NCBI GenBank assembly: GCA_904502025.1
Contig: CAJGDJ010000005.1
Location: 5,002-69,001 of the forward strand
Origin: an uncultured Muribaculaceae bacterium
Lineage (GTDB): Bacteria; Bacteroidota; Bacteroidia; Bacteroidales; Muribaculaceae
DNA: 64,000 bases
Direction of reading: 5' to 3'
This document shows, one piece after another, positions 10,311 through 20,090 of this stretch. Under the pieces are notes generated by a model. It was not told where the DNA came from, ran no database searches, and worked only from the letters and a program-made list of their open reading frames with translations. The position numbers were made by a program, and so were the translations under genes. Position 1 is the first letter of the stretch, and the number at the start of each line of letters is the position of its first letter.

Positions 10311-10778
10311 TTAGTTATTACATTCGTGATGATTACACAACTCGCCATGGACATCACAGCAGCTATCAATAGGCTCGCCATCTCTTATATCGCATGGAGC
10401 ATCAATTACATCAGAAAGCGTTCGCAACATTTCGGTATATTGAACATCTTCTACCGACAAATCTGAAAAACACGCAGCCACCGAATCAGCATTTTTCTCA
10501 ACTGCAGCATGATAACATTTTGTAGCAACTGCCATATTCTCCACTTCATTTAACTGCTCCGACAGCTTTACATACACCATCGATAATCGGCATAACGACT
10601 TCACCGAAGCATCGGCTATATCAACTTCTGCCATTATATCATCACTGATTTCTTGAGCCGCTTTATAATCTTTTCGAGCAATAAAATCTTCAGCATCAGA
10701 GATTGCGTGATGCCCGACACCTCCTGAACATGCCGAAAACAACAACACTCCCATCAATATCAAAAAAAACTTCTTCAT
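10311..10778 (-). CDS. Hypothetical lipoprotein with a Cys/His-rich C-terminal tail
   Basis: MKKFFLILMGVLLFSAC lipobox. Start set at ATG 10776-10778; the track start at 10799 is TTG and would overlap the promoter box. The tail reads ...DSCCDVHGELCNHHECNN. Confidence 0.6.
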   Translation of the reverse strand: MKKFFLILMGVLLFSACSGGVGHHAISDAEDFIARKDYKAAQEISDDIMAEVDIADASVKSLCRLSMVYVKLSEQLNEVENMAVATKCYHAAVEKNADSVAACFSDLSVEDVQYTEMLRTLSDVIDAPCDIRDGEPIDSCCDVHGELCNHHECNN

Positions 10779-10803
10779 ACTAAGTATTTGATAGTTCAAA
10801 AAG

Positions 10804-10811
10804 CAAAGATA
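10804..10811 (-). promoter_or_regulatory. -7 box TATCTTTG for the lipoprotein/SUI1/helicase/C69 gene string
   Basis: TAnnTTTG, 25 nt upstream of ATG 10778. Confidence 0.5.
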
Positions 10812-10914
10812 ATATTTTTAATCCACAATGCACAATCACAAAATAAGATTTTGCATCACACACAATCACAATAAGCTCTATTTTGACCAATAAGCCGAGA
10901 AAGAGATAAAACAA

Positions 10915-10942
10915 AAACGCTGACTCGTGAGAATCAGCGTTT
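10915..10942 (-). terminator. Terminator after tRNA-Gln
   Basis: Stem AAACGCTGA/TCAGCGTTT flanked by T-runs on both strands. Confidence 0.7.
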
Positions 10943-10951
10943 TATTTTAAG

Positions 10952-11022
10952 TTGTCTTACCAGGACTCGAACCTAGACAGGCAGAACCAAAAACTGCAGT
11001 GCTACCATTACACCATAAGACA
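10952..11022 (-). tRNA. tRNA-Gln (anticodon UUG)
   Basis: Manual cloverleaf. Acceptor TGTCTTA/TAAGACA, D arm GTGT-AATGGTA-GCAC, anticodon arm GCAGT-TTTTGGT-TCTGC (anticodon TTG), T arm CTAGG-TTCGAGT-CCTGG. 71 nt with no encoded CCA. Confidence 0.85.
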
Positions 11023-11059
11023 ATCCTTATTTGCCCAAGACTTCCGTCCTAAAGCGTTG

Positions 11060-11067
11060 CAAAGTTA
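11060..11067 (-). promoter_or_regulatory. -7 box TAACTTTG for tRNA-Gln
   Basis: TAnnTTTG, 37 nt upstream of the mature tRNA 5' end. Confidence 0.5.
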
Positions 11068-11108
11068 CGCACATTTTTTTTACTGTGCAAACTTTTTTGC
11101 AACTTTTT

Positions 11109-12401
11109 TTATTTTGCAATGAGCAAGAAATAATTCTTTTTACCCTTTTGAACAAGTATATACTTGTTATTGAGCAACATGTCGGCCGAAGCATCGGCAT
11201 ACACATCGGTAATCTTTTCTTTATTGATTGACACACCTCCTTGTTGTGCAAGCTTACGAAGTTCGCCTTTAGATGGGAATACCGCAGCTTTTTCAACCAA
11301 AAGATCAGCAATTTTTACACCGGCTTCGATGTCGGCTTTTTCAACTTCGAATGTTGGCACACCTTCAAACACCGCCAAAAGTGTAGCTTCGTCGATTTTG
11401 CGAAGAGTTTCAGAAGCTTTGTTGCTGAAAAGAATTTGCGAAGCTTCAACAGCAGCTTCATATTCGTCGGCAGAGTGTACCATTGTGGTTATTTCTTTTG
11501 CAAGACGCTTTTGCAATGGACGCAAGCCGGGGTCTTTTTCTTGTTCTTCAACCAATGTCTGGATTTCTTCGCGAGAAAGTTCGGTGAAAATTTTGATATA
11601 TTTTTCAGCGTCTGCATCTGACACGTTCAACCAGAATTGATAGAACTTATAAGGAGAAGTGTAGCGAGAATCCAACCACACGTTACCACTTTCAGTTTTG
11701 CCAAATTTACCACCATCGGCTTTGGTAATTAGAGGACATGTGAGTGCGTAAGCTTCACCACCAACTGTGCGACGAATCAATTCAGTTCCGGTGGTAATAT
11801 TGCCCCATTGGTCAGAACCGCCAAGTTGAAGACGGCAATTTTTCTCTTTGTAGAGAGTTAAGAAGTCATAACCCTGTACAAGTTGGTAAGAAAACTCGGT
11901 AAACGACATTCCTTGTTGAGACTCTCCCGAAAGACGCTTCTTAACCGAATCTTTTGCCATCATATAGTTTACTGTGATGTGTTTGCCCACATCGCGAATA
12001 AAGTCGAGGAATGAAAAGTTTTTCATCCAGTCGTAATTATTCACCAACTCTGCTGCGTTTGGAGCGTCGCTATCAAAGTCGAGGAACTTTGCAAGTTGCT
12101 TTTTGATAGCTTCTTGGTTGTGGCGGAGAGTTTCTTCGTCAAGAAGTTTACGCTCTTGGCTTTTCATTGAGGGGTCACCAATCATGCCGGTAGCACCTCC
12201 TACGAGGGCAATGGGTTTATGTCCGGCACGTTGAAAATGCTTAAGCATCATCACTCCCACCAAGTGTCCGATATGTAAAGAGTCGGCAGTTGGGTCAATA
12301 CCCAAATAAGCCGTAGTCATTTCTTTTTTTAGTTGTTCGTCTGTTCCGGGCATCACAGTGTGAATCATGCCACGCCAGGTCAATTCTTCGATAAAATCCA
12401 T
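11109..12401 (-). CDS. tyrS: Tyrosine--tRNA ligase
   Basis: Class I motifs HIGH (SLHIGHL) and KMSKS-like (KFGKT), with a C-terminal S4-like domain. 430 aa. Confidence 0.95.
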   Translation of the reverse strand: MDFIEELTWRGMIHTVMPGTDEQLKKEMTTAYLGIDPTADSLHIGHLVGVMMLKHFQRAGHKPIALVGGATGMIGDPSMKSQERKLLDEETLRHNQEAIKKQLAKFLDFDSDAPNAAELVNNYDWMKNFSFLDFIRDVGKHITVNYMMAKDSVKKRLSGESQQGMSFTEFSYQLVQGYDFLTLYKEKNCRLQLGGSDQWGNITTGTELIRRTVGGEAYALTCPLITKADGGKFGKTESGNVWLDSRYTSPYKFYQFWLNVSDADAEKYIKIFTELSREEIQTLVEEQEKDPGLRPLQKRLAKEITTMVHSADEYEAAVEASQILFSNKASETLRKIDEATLLAVFEGVPTFEVEKADIEAGVKIADLLVEKAAVFPSKGELRKLAQQGGVSINKEKITDVYADASADMLLNNKYILVQKGKKNYFLLIAK

Positions 12402-12444
12402 TATAGTATATTGTTATATTATTTTTCAATATTATTTTCAACTG

Positions 12445-12452
12445 CAAAGTTA
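12445..12452 (-). promoter_or_regulatory. -7 box TAACTTTG for tyrS
   Basis: TAnnTTTG, 43 nt upstream of ATG 12401. Confidence 0.55.
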
Positions 12453-12546
12453 CACAATAAATTTGTATTTACCCGATTATCAAAGACATTATTTATGAAG
12501 ATTAAATCATTAAATCTCATTTGTGTTAATTGTGAATTAAATGTGC

Positions 12547-12554
12547 TATCTTTG
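12547..12554 (+). promoter_or_regulatory. -7 box TATCTTTG for the DEAD-box helicase
   Basis: TAnnTTTG, only 4 nt before ATG 12559. This predicts a leaderless or near-leaderless mRNA. Confidence 0.5.
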
Positions 12555-12558
12555 TGGC

Positions 12559-14349
12559 ATGAAAACATTTGAAGAATTAGGGGTAAGCGATGAACTGTTG
12601 CTTGCCATTAGTGAGATGGGATTTGAGATGCCTATGCCTGTGCAGGCAAAAGTAATCCCACATTTATTAAATGAAGATAATGATGTGGTGGCACTGGCTC
12701 AGACCGGTACCGGAAAAACGGCTGCATTTGGGTTGCCGGTGTTGCAACGCATCAATTCATCATTGCGAGAGCCTCAAGCTGTAATATTGTCACCCACACG
12801 AGAATTGTGTTTACAAATAGCCGAAGATCTTGCCGACTTTTCAAAATACCTTCCCGAAGTAAATGTATTGCCTGTATATGGAGGCTCAAGCATCGAAAGC
12901 CAAATACGCTCATTGCGTAGAGGGGTGCAAGTGATTGTGGCTACTCCCGGTCGTTTGCTCGACTTGATTAAACGTGGCGTGGCACATCTCGAAAATGTTC
13001 ACACCGTAATTCTCGATGAAGCCGACGAAATGCTCAACATGGGATTTCTTGATTCTATCAATGAGGTTCTTTCGCATGTTCCCGAGCAACGTAAAATGTT
13101 AATGTTCTCAGCGACAATGCCCCCCGAAATTGGCAAAATTGCAAAGAAATACATGCACGATCCGGTGGAATTTGTTGTAGGACAACGCAACGAGGGTGCT
13201 GCCAATGTGAATCACATATATTATATGGTACATGCTCGCGATAAATATCTTGCTCTCAAACGCATCGCCGATAATAATCCAAGCATATATGCCATAATAT
13301 TTTGTCGCACACGTCGCGACACTCAAGAGATTGCCGATAAACTCATTCAAGACGGATATAATGCCGACGCTCTTCATGGCGACTTGTCGCAACAACAACG
13401 CGACTTGACTATGAAGAAATTTCGCGACAGAGTTATATCTATACTTGTTGCTACCGACGTGGCAGCTCGAGGTCTTGATGTAGATGAGCTTACCCACGTA
13501 ATCAACTATGGATTGCCCGATGACACAGCCGTATATACTCATCGTTCAGGGCGTACAGGTCGAGCCGGAAGAACGGGAGTTTCAGTTTCTATTGTCCATT
13601 CTCGTGAAAAGAGCAGAATACGTGATATCGAGAAAATTATCGGGAAGAAATTTGAACGCAAAGAAGTTCCTTCTCCCGAACATATTATCGAAAAACAACT
13701 TTATAATCTTGCTCATCGATTAGAACAGGTGGAAGTCAACGATGAACAAATCGATAAATATTTCACCGGTGTAAGTCGAAAACTTGGCTGGCTGTCGGGA
13801 GAAGATTTATTAAAACGCATTCTTTCTCTTGAGTTTAACCGCCTGCTTGATTACTATAAAGATGCACCCACAATTGAGGTAATTGAAGATAAGAAACCCC
13901 AAAAAGACAAAAAAGAACGTGGCGAGAACAACAAGCCCCGCAATGAAAAAGAAAAAGATCGTCGCACAGCCGAAAAAGGCATGGCTCGTGTGTATATCAA
14001 TCTCGGCAAATCCGATGGCTTCTATGCCGGCAACCTCATTGAGATTATTAATAAATGGGTGCCGGGGGCTCGTGTCGAAGTGGGACGTATCGACCTTTTA
14101 TCAGGATACTCACTTTTTGATGTAAAAAAAGGAGATGCAAAACGCGTAGTGGCTTCACTCAAAGGCAGCGATTTTCTTGGCAAACGAGTATTCACTGAAA
14201 TTGCCGACCCCGAACGTGATTATGCACGAGCTTCGGCTCGTCGCAATCGCAAAGTCGCAGTAGGAGATAATAGTGATGATGTCGAAAACTTCGACAAGCC
14301 CAAACATAAAAGACGTGATGGCAAAAGATTTTCACGTCGCAAAAAATAG
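12559..14349 (+). CDS. DEAD-box ATP-dependent RNA helicase (DeaD/CsdA-like)
   Basis: AQTGTGKT, DEAD, SAT and HRSGRTGRAG motifs, plus a basic C-terminal extension. Start set at ATG 12559 because a TATCTTTG -7 box occupies 12547-12554. Confidence 0.93.
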   Translation: MKTFEELGVSDELLLAISEMGFEMPMPVQAKVIPHLLNEDNDVVALAQTGTGKTAAFGLPVLQRINSSLREPQAVILSPTRELCLQIAEDLADFSKYLPEVNVLPVYGGSSIESQIRSLRRGVQVIVATPGRLLDLIKRGVAHLENVHTVILDEADEMLNMGFLDSINEVLSHVPEQRKMLMFSATMPPEIGKIAKKYMHDPVEFVVGQRNEGAANVNHIYYMVHARDKYLALKRIADNNPSIYAIIFCRTRRDTQEIADKLIQDGYNADALHGDLSQQQRDLTMKKFRDRVISILVATDVAARGLDVDELTHVINYGLPDDTAVYTHRSGRTGRAGRTGVSVSIVHSREKSRIRDIEKIIGKKFERKEVPSPEHIIEKQLYNLAHRLEQVEVNDEQIDKYFTGVSRKLGWLSGEDLLKRILSLEFNRLLDYYKDAPTIEVIEDKKPQKDKKERGENNKPRNEKEKDRRTAEKGMARVYINLGKSDGFYAGNLIEIINKWVPGARVEVGRIDLLSGYSLFDVKKGDAKRVVASLKGSDFLGKRVFTEIADPERDYARASARRNRKVAVGDNSDDVENFDKPKHKRRDGKRFSRRKK

Positions 14350-14377
14350 TTTTATTGAAAAAGTTGTTATATAAGAT

Positions 14378-15013
14378 ATGAAACGAATATTTTGTGTAAT
14401 AATTAGTATTTGTACCTTAGCATTTGTGCTTGTTGCAAAAAATGACACCCGCCCGGTAGCGGCAAAACATCTGTTTATTGAGGCTCCCGATGAGATATTT
14501 CCTATGCTTGAAGAAAACACTCGTCTTGACATGATTGATTATTACGAAAGTGCGTATAATCGACCCTCGTTAAATGTGTTTGAAGATTCAAGCATGGTTA
14601 CATATTGCGACAGCACTTGCATTAAAATTAAAGCGTCAGAAGTATTGCAATATCAATTGTCGATGCCTGCTAAAAATCTGATTTTACTAATTTCAACTCA
14701 TTCAATCCCTATGTACGATAGTGAAATATCATTCTATGATTTTGAATGGGAAAAACTATCGACCGAAAAATATTTTTCATCGCCAAAACTTGCTGACTGG
14801 CTCACTGATGATGGCAAAAAGATGCGTGATGATGTAGAAAATGCCGTACCTTTCATCATTGCAAGTTATAATTTTGATGTTGAGAGTGGTGTATTGACAA
14901 TAACCAACCAATTGAAAGATTATTTTGATAAAAACACTTGGCAACAAGTGTCAAAATGGCTCTCTCCTCAATTAAAATATAAATGGACAGGAAAAAAGTT
15001 TAAGAAACAATAA
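14378..15013 (+). CDS. Hypothetical secreted/anchored protein (possibly DUF3256-like; from memory, unverified)
   Basis: 211-aa ORF with a hydrophobic N-terminus, tightly packed upstream of xseA. No motif recognised. Confidence 0.6.
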   Translation: MKRIFCVIISICTLAFVLVAKNDTRPVAAKHLFIEAPDEIFPMLEENTRLDMIDYYESAYNRPSLNVFEDSSMVTYCDSTCIKIKASEVLQYQLSMPAKNLILLISTHSIPMYDSEISFYDFEWEKLSTEKYFSSPKLADWLTDDGKKMRDDVENAVPFIIASYNFDVESGVLTITNQLKDYFDKNTWQQVSKWLSPQLKYKWTGKKFKKQ

Positions 15014-15035
15014 TTCTTTGAAAAAGCCTTTAGCG

Positions 15036-16334
15036 ATGAACGAACAAACACTCACTTTGCTACAACTCAATCAACGTATTGCCGCGTTGATGACCGTGCC
15101 CGACACACAAAACGTGTGGGTTACTGCCGAGTTGAGCGATGTATCGGTGCGTGGCGGACATTGTTATATGGAACTGCTGCAAAAACACCCCGATACCGGA
15201 GCTACACTCGCAAAGGCACGAGGTGTGATTTGGGCAAATATATATTCTCGCCTTGCGGTAGAATTTCTCAATGCTACCGGTCAACGATTTACGTCAGGGC
15301 TGAAAGTTATGGTGCGAGCATCAGCATCAATGCACCCGATTTATGGCATGTCGCTTGTGATTACTGCCGTAAATCCCGAATACACTATGGGCGATTTGCT
15401 TCGTCTCCGTCGTGAAATTCTTGAACGATTACAACGTGAGGGCATCATCGAAATGAATCGCCAACTCGATTGGTGTGAAGTGCCTTTGCGAATAGCAGTG
15501 GTATCGGCTCGTGGGGCTGCCGGATATGGCGATTTTATTAACCAATTATATTCCAACTCCTCACATCTTAACTTCAAAACACAACTTTTTGAAGCTGTGA
15601 TGCAGGGCGACCGCACTCCATCAACAATTATTTCCGCTCTTAACCAAATTGCAATGCAACAAGATGAATGGGACGGTGTGGTTATAATTCGTGGAGGTGG
15701 AGCGACGAGCGACCTTGTGGCATTCGAAAACTATGAGTTAGCTGCAAATATAGCACAATTTCCCTTGCCTGTTATTGTGGGAATTGGACATGAACGCGAC
15801 ATTACGGTACTCGACTACGTGGCTAATATGCGTGTAAAAACCCCAACCGCCGCTGCCGAATGGTTGATAAATCGTGGTGACATAGCATTGGAACATCTTC
15901 GTTCAATGGGTGCTTCGATATTGCAATTAGTGAGCGATCGCATTGCTGGAAACAAAGAACAGCTCTCTCGCTATGAAGTCTTATTACCTACTGCCCCTAT
16001 AACAGCAGTAGAAAGAGAATCGGCACGATTACGAAGCGACATGTTGTCGTTGGCTCAAATTGGAGCCCGTCGCATTACGCCTGAACTCGCACGGCTTGAT
16101 CATATTGCCGGCTCAATTGCATCGGCAACCGGTGTGGTGCTTCACCGTCGAAACGACCAACTTAATTCTATGCAAGCTATGCTCAATGCACTCTCGCCTG
16201 AGGCAACTTTGCGTCGTGGATATTCAATTACTCGCGTGAATGGGAAAGCAGTAACCGATGCGTCGCATGTGCCAACGGGTACTAAAATCGAAACAACCCT
16301 TGCCAATGGCACTATAACATCAGTAAAACAATAA
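15036..16334 (+). CDS. xseA: Exodeoxyribonuclease VII large subunit
   Basis: N-terminal OB-fold region and IRGGGATSDL...GIGHERD motifs, followed by xseB. The track start at 15018 is TTG; the first ATG is at 15036. Confidence 0.88.
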   Translation: MNEQTLTLLQLNQRIAALMTVPDTQNVWVTAELSDVSVRGGHCYMELLQKHPDTGATLAKARGVIWANIYSRLAVEFLNATGQRFTSGLKVMVRASASMHPIYGMSLVITAVNPEYTMGDLLRLRREILERLQREGIIEMNRQLDWCEVPLRIAVVSARGAAGYGDFINQLYSNSSHLNFKTQLFEAVMQGDRTPSTIISALNQIAMQQDEWDGVVIIRGGGATSDLVAFENYELAANIAQFPLPVIVGIGHERDITVLDYVANMRVKTPTAAAEWLINRGDIALEHLRSMGASILQLVSDRIAGNKEQLSRYEVLLPTAPITAVERESARLRSDMLSLAQIGARRITPELARLDHIAGSIASATGVVLHRRNDQLNSMQAMLNALSPEATLRRGYSITRVNGKAVTDASHVPTGTKIETTLANGTITSVKQ

Positions 16335-16348
16335 AAACTACATTATAT

Positions 16349-16570
16349 ATGGCAAACGAACTACAATTTAAGTCCGTAAAGGAAATGACCTATACCGAGG
16401 CTGTAAGTGAATTAGAATCAATATTGCAAATGATGCAAGGCGATAAATGTGACATCGATCGATTAACCGACTTTACTCGTCGTGCAACTGAGTTGCTCTC
16501 CGAGTGCCGTTCACGACTCACCACTACCGACGAACAACTACGCTCAATTCTCGCTCAATTAGAAAAATAA
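16349..16570 (+). CDS. xseB: Exodeoxyribonuclease VII small subunit
   Basis: 73-aa helical protein (...YTEAVSELESILQMMQ...) directly downstream of xseA. Confidence 0.85.
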   Translation: MANELQFKSVKEMTYTEAVSELESILQMMQGDKCDIDRLTDFTRRATELLSECRSRLTTTDEQLRSILAQLEK

Positions 16571-16576
16571 ATCAAT

Positions 16577-17905
16577 ATGATAAATCGTAACTTTATCTTC
16601 GCCATAATGTTGTCATGCTGCATTATTTCAAATGCCACTGATTTTATTGGGCATTGGAAAGGAAAAGTTGCAAATCTTCCTATCGTATTTCACATTACTA
16701 ACGATAGTGTGTGGAGTGCAACACTTGACTCACCTATGCAGGGGGCAATGGATATTAAGTGTGGCAAAGTTGTGGTAATAGGCGATAGCATCACAATCAA
16801 TATGCCTGCACTGCATGCTGATTTCAAAGGGGTAATAGCACAAGATAACAAGGCAATCATTGGCACATTTACGCAAGGAATGTCATTGCCGTTGACCCTT
16901 ACTCGCACCACAGCCGAAGCGACAAAGTATAATCGTCCGCAAGAACCACAACCTCCATTTGTATATAATTCGCAAGATGTAACATTCCAAAACGGAGATA
17001 TTACCCTCGCCGGAACTTTGACAACCCCATTTTGGGGCAAAAGCCATAAAGCCGTTGTGCTTGTGAGTGGCAGTGGATCACAAAATCGTGATGAGGAATT
17101 ATTTGGACACAAGCCATTTGCCGTCATCGCCGACTATCTCACACGTCATGGCATTGCAGTTTTACGATATGATGATCGTGGTGTAGGAGGCTCATCGAAA
17201 GGGAACAAAGATGACACAACACTCGACCTCGCTACCGATGCAATGGCTGCCGTTGAATACCTTAAATCTCGAAACGATATTGATACAACTCATATTGGCA
17301 TTATAGGACATAGCGAAGGGGGATTAATAGCTGTGATTAACGCTGCACAACATTCCTATGATGTTAATTTTATTGTAACTCTTGCCGGTCCTTATGTGAG
17401 TGGCAAAGATATATTGGTGCGTCAAAATCAGCTTATAGCCAAAACGATGGGACAGACATTAAATGATGAGCAGTTGGTGCAGATTGAAACTATTTTTGAG
17501 ACAATTTATAATTCAACCGACACCGACCAACTTGCTGTTCGCTTGACCGAAATATTAAAAAGTGATAGCACCAACAAACAACAAGATATTGAAACAACCG
17601 TGAGAGTGATGACATCTCCTTGGTATGTGGCGTTTGTGAAACTCGACCCCACTCAATATCTCTCACAAGTGAAATGCCCGGTATTTGCTATCAACGGCAC
17701 ATGGGACTATCAAGTTGATGCTATACAAAACCTTGAAATGGCACAAAAAATGATACCACATGCCACGATAAAGCGATATGAGGGATTAAATCACATGTTC
17801 CAACCTTCTTCATCACGCCAAGCGAGCATGAACTACGGAGCAATCGAAACCACAATTTCCGAACATGTTCTACACGACATTGCAGAGTGGATAAATAAGT
17901 TATAA
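16577..17905 (+). CDS. Secreted alpha/beta-fold hydrolase
   Basis: Signal peptide, GHSEGG nucleophile elbow (GxSxG), and a late ...GLNHMF His region. 442 aa. Confidence 0.7.
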   Translation: MINRNFIFAIMLSCCIISNATDFIGHWKGKVANLPIVFHITNDSVWSATLDSPMQGAMDIKCGKVVVIGDSITINMPALHADFKGVIAQDNKAIIGTFTQGMSLPLTLTRTTAEATKYNRPQEPQPPFVYNSQDVTFQNGDITLAGTLTTPFWGKSHKAVVLVSGSGSQNRDEELFGHKPFAVIADYLTRHGIAVLRYDDRGVGGSSKGNKDDTTLDLATDAMAAVEYLKSRNDIDTTHIGIIGHSEGGLIAVINAAQHSYDVNFIVTLAGPYVSGKDILVRQNQLIAKTMGQTLNDEQLVQIETIFETIYNSTDTDQLAVRLTEILKSDSTNKQQDIETTVRVMTSPWYVAFVKLDPTQYLSQVKCPVFAINGTWDYQVDAIQNLEMAQKMIPHATIKRYEGLNHMFQPSSSRQASMNYGAIETTISEHVLHDIAEWINKL

Positions 17906-17918
17906 CGATAAGTCATAT

Positions 17919-17959
17919 AAAATGATTAAGGCAACATCAAATGTTGCCTTAATCATTTT
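17919..17959. terminator. Bidirectional terminator between the convergent hydrolase and acyl-CoA ligase genes
   Basis: 19-bp perfect stem AAAATGATTAAGGCAACAT/ATGTTGCCTTAATCATTTT with loop CAA. The A/T runs are built into the stem ends. Confidence 0.8.
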
Positions 17960-17986
17960 ATCGAATTAGATAAATATTTTATTGTG

Positions 17987-19888
17987 TCAAGCTAACGCAT
18001 CTATATTTTGTTGATTGAGAAGTTGTTTTCCCTCAGGGGTGTACATATAGTCAATGCGATCGGCGTAGGCTTTTTCAATTTTTCCACGCACCATTTTCAT
18101 TGTACTGTTAATCATTTGATTTTGCTCAGTAAATGGTTCAGCCAATACTGCGATAGCTGCCGGCAACCAACGATCGGGGAACATCGTTTCGTGTTCGCCA
18201 CCTTTCTTAAACATAGCCACATCGGCATCAATCAATTTCAATGCTTCAATGCGACCTTCTTCGGTATCGAGCGACAATCCTTTTTCGTTCAATGCTCGTT
18301 TCAAATAATCTTTATTCGGAACAACTACTGCCGTAGTGTATTGTGATTGATTATTATATAGCATTACTTGGTCAATACTTGGTGCTAATTGCACTAATGC
18401 TTCTTCAATTCCTTCGGGACTGTATTTTTCGCCGTCGCTTGAAATAAGAAGGCTTTTGAAACGACCTTTAACATACAACAAGCCCTCTTTGGTCATGTAG
18501 CCCAAATCGCCGGTATAAAGGTAACCATCTCTGATTGTTTCGGCAGTAGATTCGGGATTTTTCCAATATCCTGCCATTACATTCTCACCTTTCACTACGA
18601 TTTCGCCCATTTCACCAAGAGGTAATTCGTTGCCCTTGTCGTCGCAAATCTTGAGGTCGATAGGGGTTACCAGTTTACCACTTGAACCGAAACGATATTT
18701 TTCGGGACCATTAGACGAAAGCACCGGAGTAGCTTCTGAAAGCCCATATCCCTGATACATAGGCATTCCCACACCAACATAGAATTTTTGCAAATCTTTA
18801 TCAAGCAATGCACCTCCACCTATAAAGAAACGCAATTCGCCTCCGAAATTTTCACGCACTTTTGAAAAAAGAATTTTATCAAAAAGAGCAACAAGAGGTT
18901 TGAGTAATAAACGGAATCCTTTGAAGTCGAGATTACTATCGCCATAATAGGTTTGTTTTACTTTCAGCCCGAAATTGAAAAGTTTTTCGGTTGTTTTACC
19001 TTTTGCACGAATAGCTTGTTCGATATTCTTCTTGAATGTTTTAGCCAGTGCAGGCACACTCAAAATGAAGTGAGGCTTTACCTCTTTGATATTTAGAGGA
19101 ATATTTTTGAGAGTTTCCAATGGAGTACGTCCCACTTGTACGGTTGCAGCAGTTGCTCCTTGAGCCATCATTATGTAAAACCCTACAACGTGAGCAAAAC
19201 AGTGGTCAAGAGGGAGAATGATTAGCGTACGCCATGTTTCATCGATGTCAACAAGAGTGAGCGATTGCTCCACGTTGGCTGTATAGTTGCGGTGGGTTAA
19301 CACAACCCCTTTGGGATCGGCAGTTGTTCCACTGGTATATGTAATAGTGGCATAGTCATCATTTTGGATTGATTGTGCCACACTGAGAAATTCCTCCATT
19401 GAGTGTGACGCAAGAAACTCATCGCCCATTTTAAGAATTTCTTCAAGGGCGATTTCTTTCTCCTCAAAACTATCTTGTTTATCAAAAACGATGATATGTT
19501 TTACATCGGGAATTTCATCTTTGATTGCACGAACTTTCTTTAATTGAGTTCCTGAAACCATGATATATTTCACATCGCCATGAATGAGACGGAACATCAA
19601 GTCGTTACGTTCTTCAAGTTTTATTGAAAGGGGTACGTTTACAGCACCTGCATAAAACATTGCAAGCTCGCCCACAACCCACATGTTGCGACCTTCGCTC
19701 AAGAGAGCCATGTTTTCGCCTTTTTTAACTCCGAGAGCTTGAAGCCCGGCTCCAAGGCGATATACTTGTTCTTTAACTTGCGAATAGGTGGTTTTAGTCC
19801 ATTCTTTGCCTACTTTTTCTAATAAGAATGTGTTATTAGGATAACGTTTTACCGACGCTTCAAATAGGTCAACAATAGTTTTTTTCAT
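17987..19888 (-). CDS. Long-chain fatty acid--CoA ligase (AMP-forming)
   Basis: AMP-binding signature TYTSGTTADPKGV, YGLSEATP and TGDLGY motifs. 633 aa. Confidence 0.9.
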   Translation of the reverse strand: MKKTIVDLFEASVKRYPNNTFLLEKVGKEWTKTTYSQVKEQVYRLGAGLQALGVKKGENMALLSEGRNMWVVGELAMFYAGAVNVPLSIKLEERNDLMFRLIHGDVKYIMVSGTQLKKVRAIKDEIPDVKHIIVFDKQDSFEEKEIALEEILKMGDEFLASHSMEEFLSVAQSIQNDDYATITYTSGTTADPKGVVLTHRNYTANVEQSLTLVDIDETWRTLIILPLDHCFAHVVGFYIMMAQGATAATVQVGRTPLETLKNIPLNIKEVKPHFILSVPALAKTFKKNIEQAIRAKGKTTEKLFNFGLKVKQTYYGDSNLDFKGFRLLLKPLVALFDKILFSKVRENFGGELRFFIGGGALLDKDLQKFYVGVGMPMYQGYGLSEATPVLSSNGPEKYRFGSSGKLVTPIDLKICDDKGNELPLGEMGEIVVKGENVMAGYWKNPESTAETIRDGYLYTGDLGYMTKEGLLYVKGRFKSLLISSDGEKYSPEGIEEALVQLAPSIDQVMLYNNQSQYTTAVVVPNKDYLKRALNEKGLSLDTEEGRIEALKLIDADVAMFKKGGEHETMFPDRWLPAAIAVLAEPFTEQNQMINSTMKMVRGKIEKAYADRIDYMYTPEGKQLLNQQNIDALA

Positions 19889-20090
19889 AACGTTATTTGA
19901 TTAGTTATCTTAGATTCTGGGCGTAAAGGTAGTAAAAAAATGCCAAAAAGTTATAAAAAATGGTTTTTTTCTCGTATCTCGGATTAATGTTTAAGCCTTG
20001 CACGCCAATCTCCACCTAAAAACATGCGTTTGACTTATAGCTAACATGTTACCTTATCAAAATTCCCATTGCCCACTTCACATTCTGCAT

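Noticed and set aside
11164-11640. 158-aa and 126-aa plus-strand ORFs inside tyrS
   Set aside because: They are antisense shadows of a highly conserved aminoacyl-tRNA synthetase gene.
12541-12558. Upstream ATG (MCYLCG...) as the start of the DEAD-box helicase
   Set aside because: These 18 nt contain the TATCTTTG -7 box, and the conserved helicase N-terminus begins at MKTFEELG.
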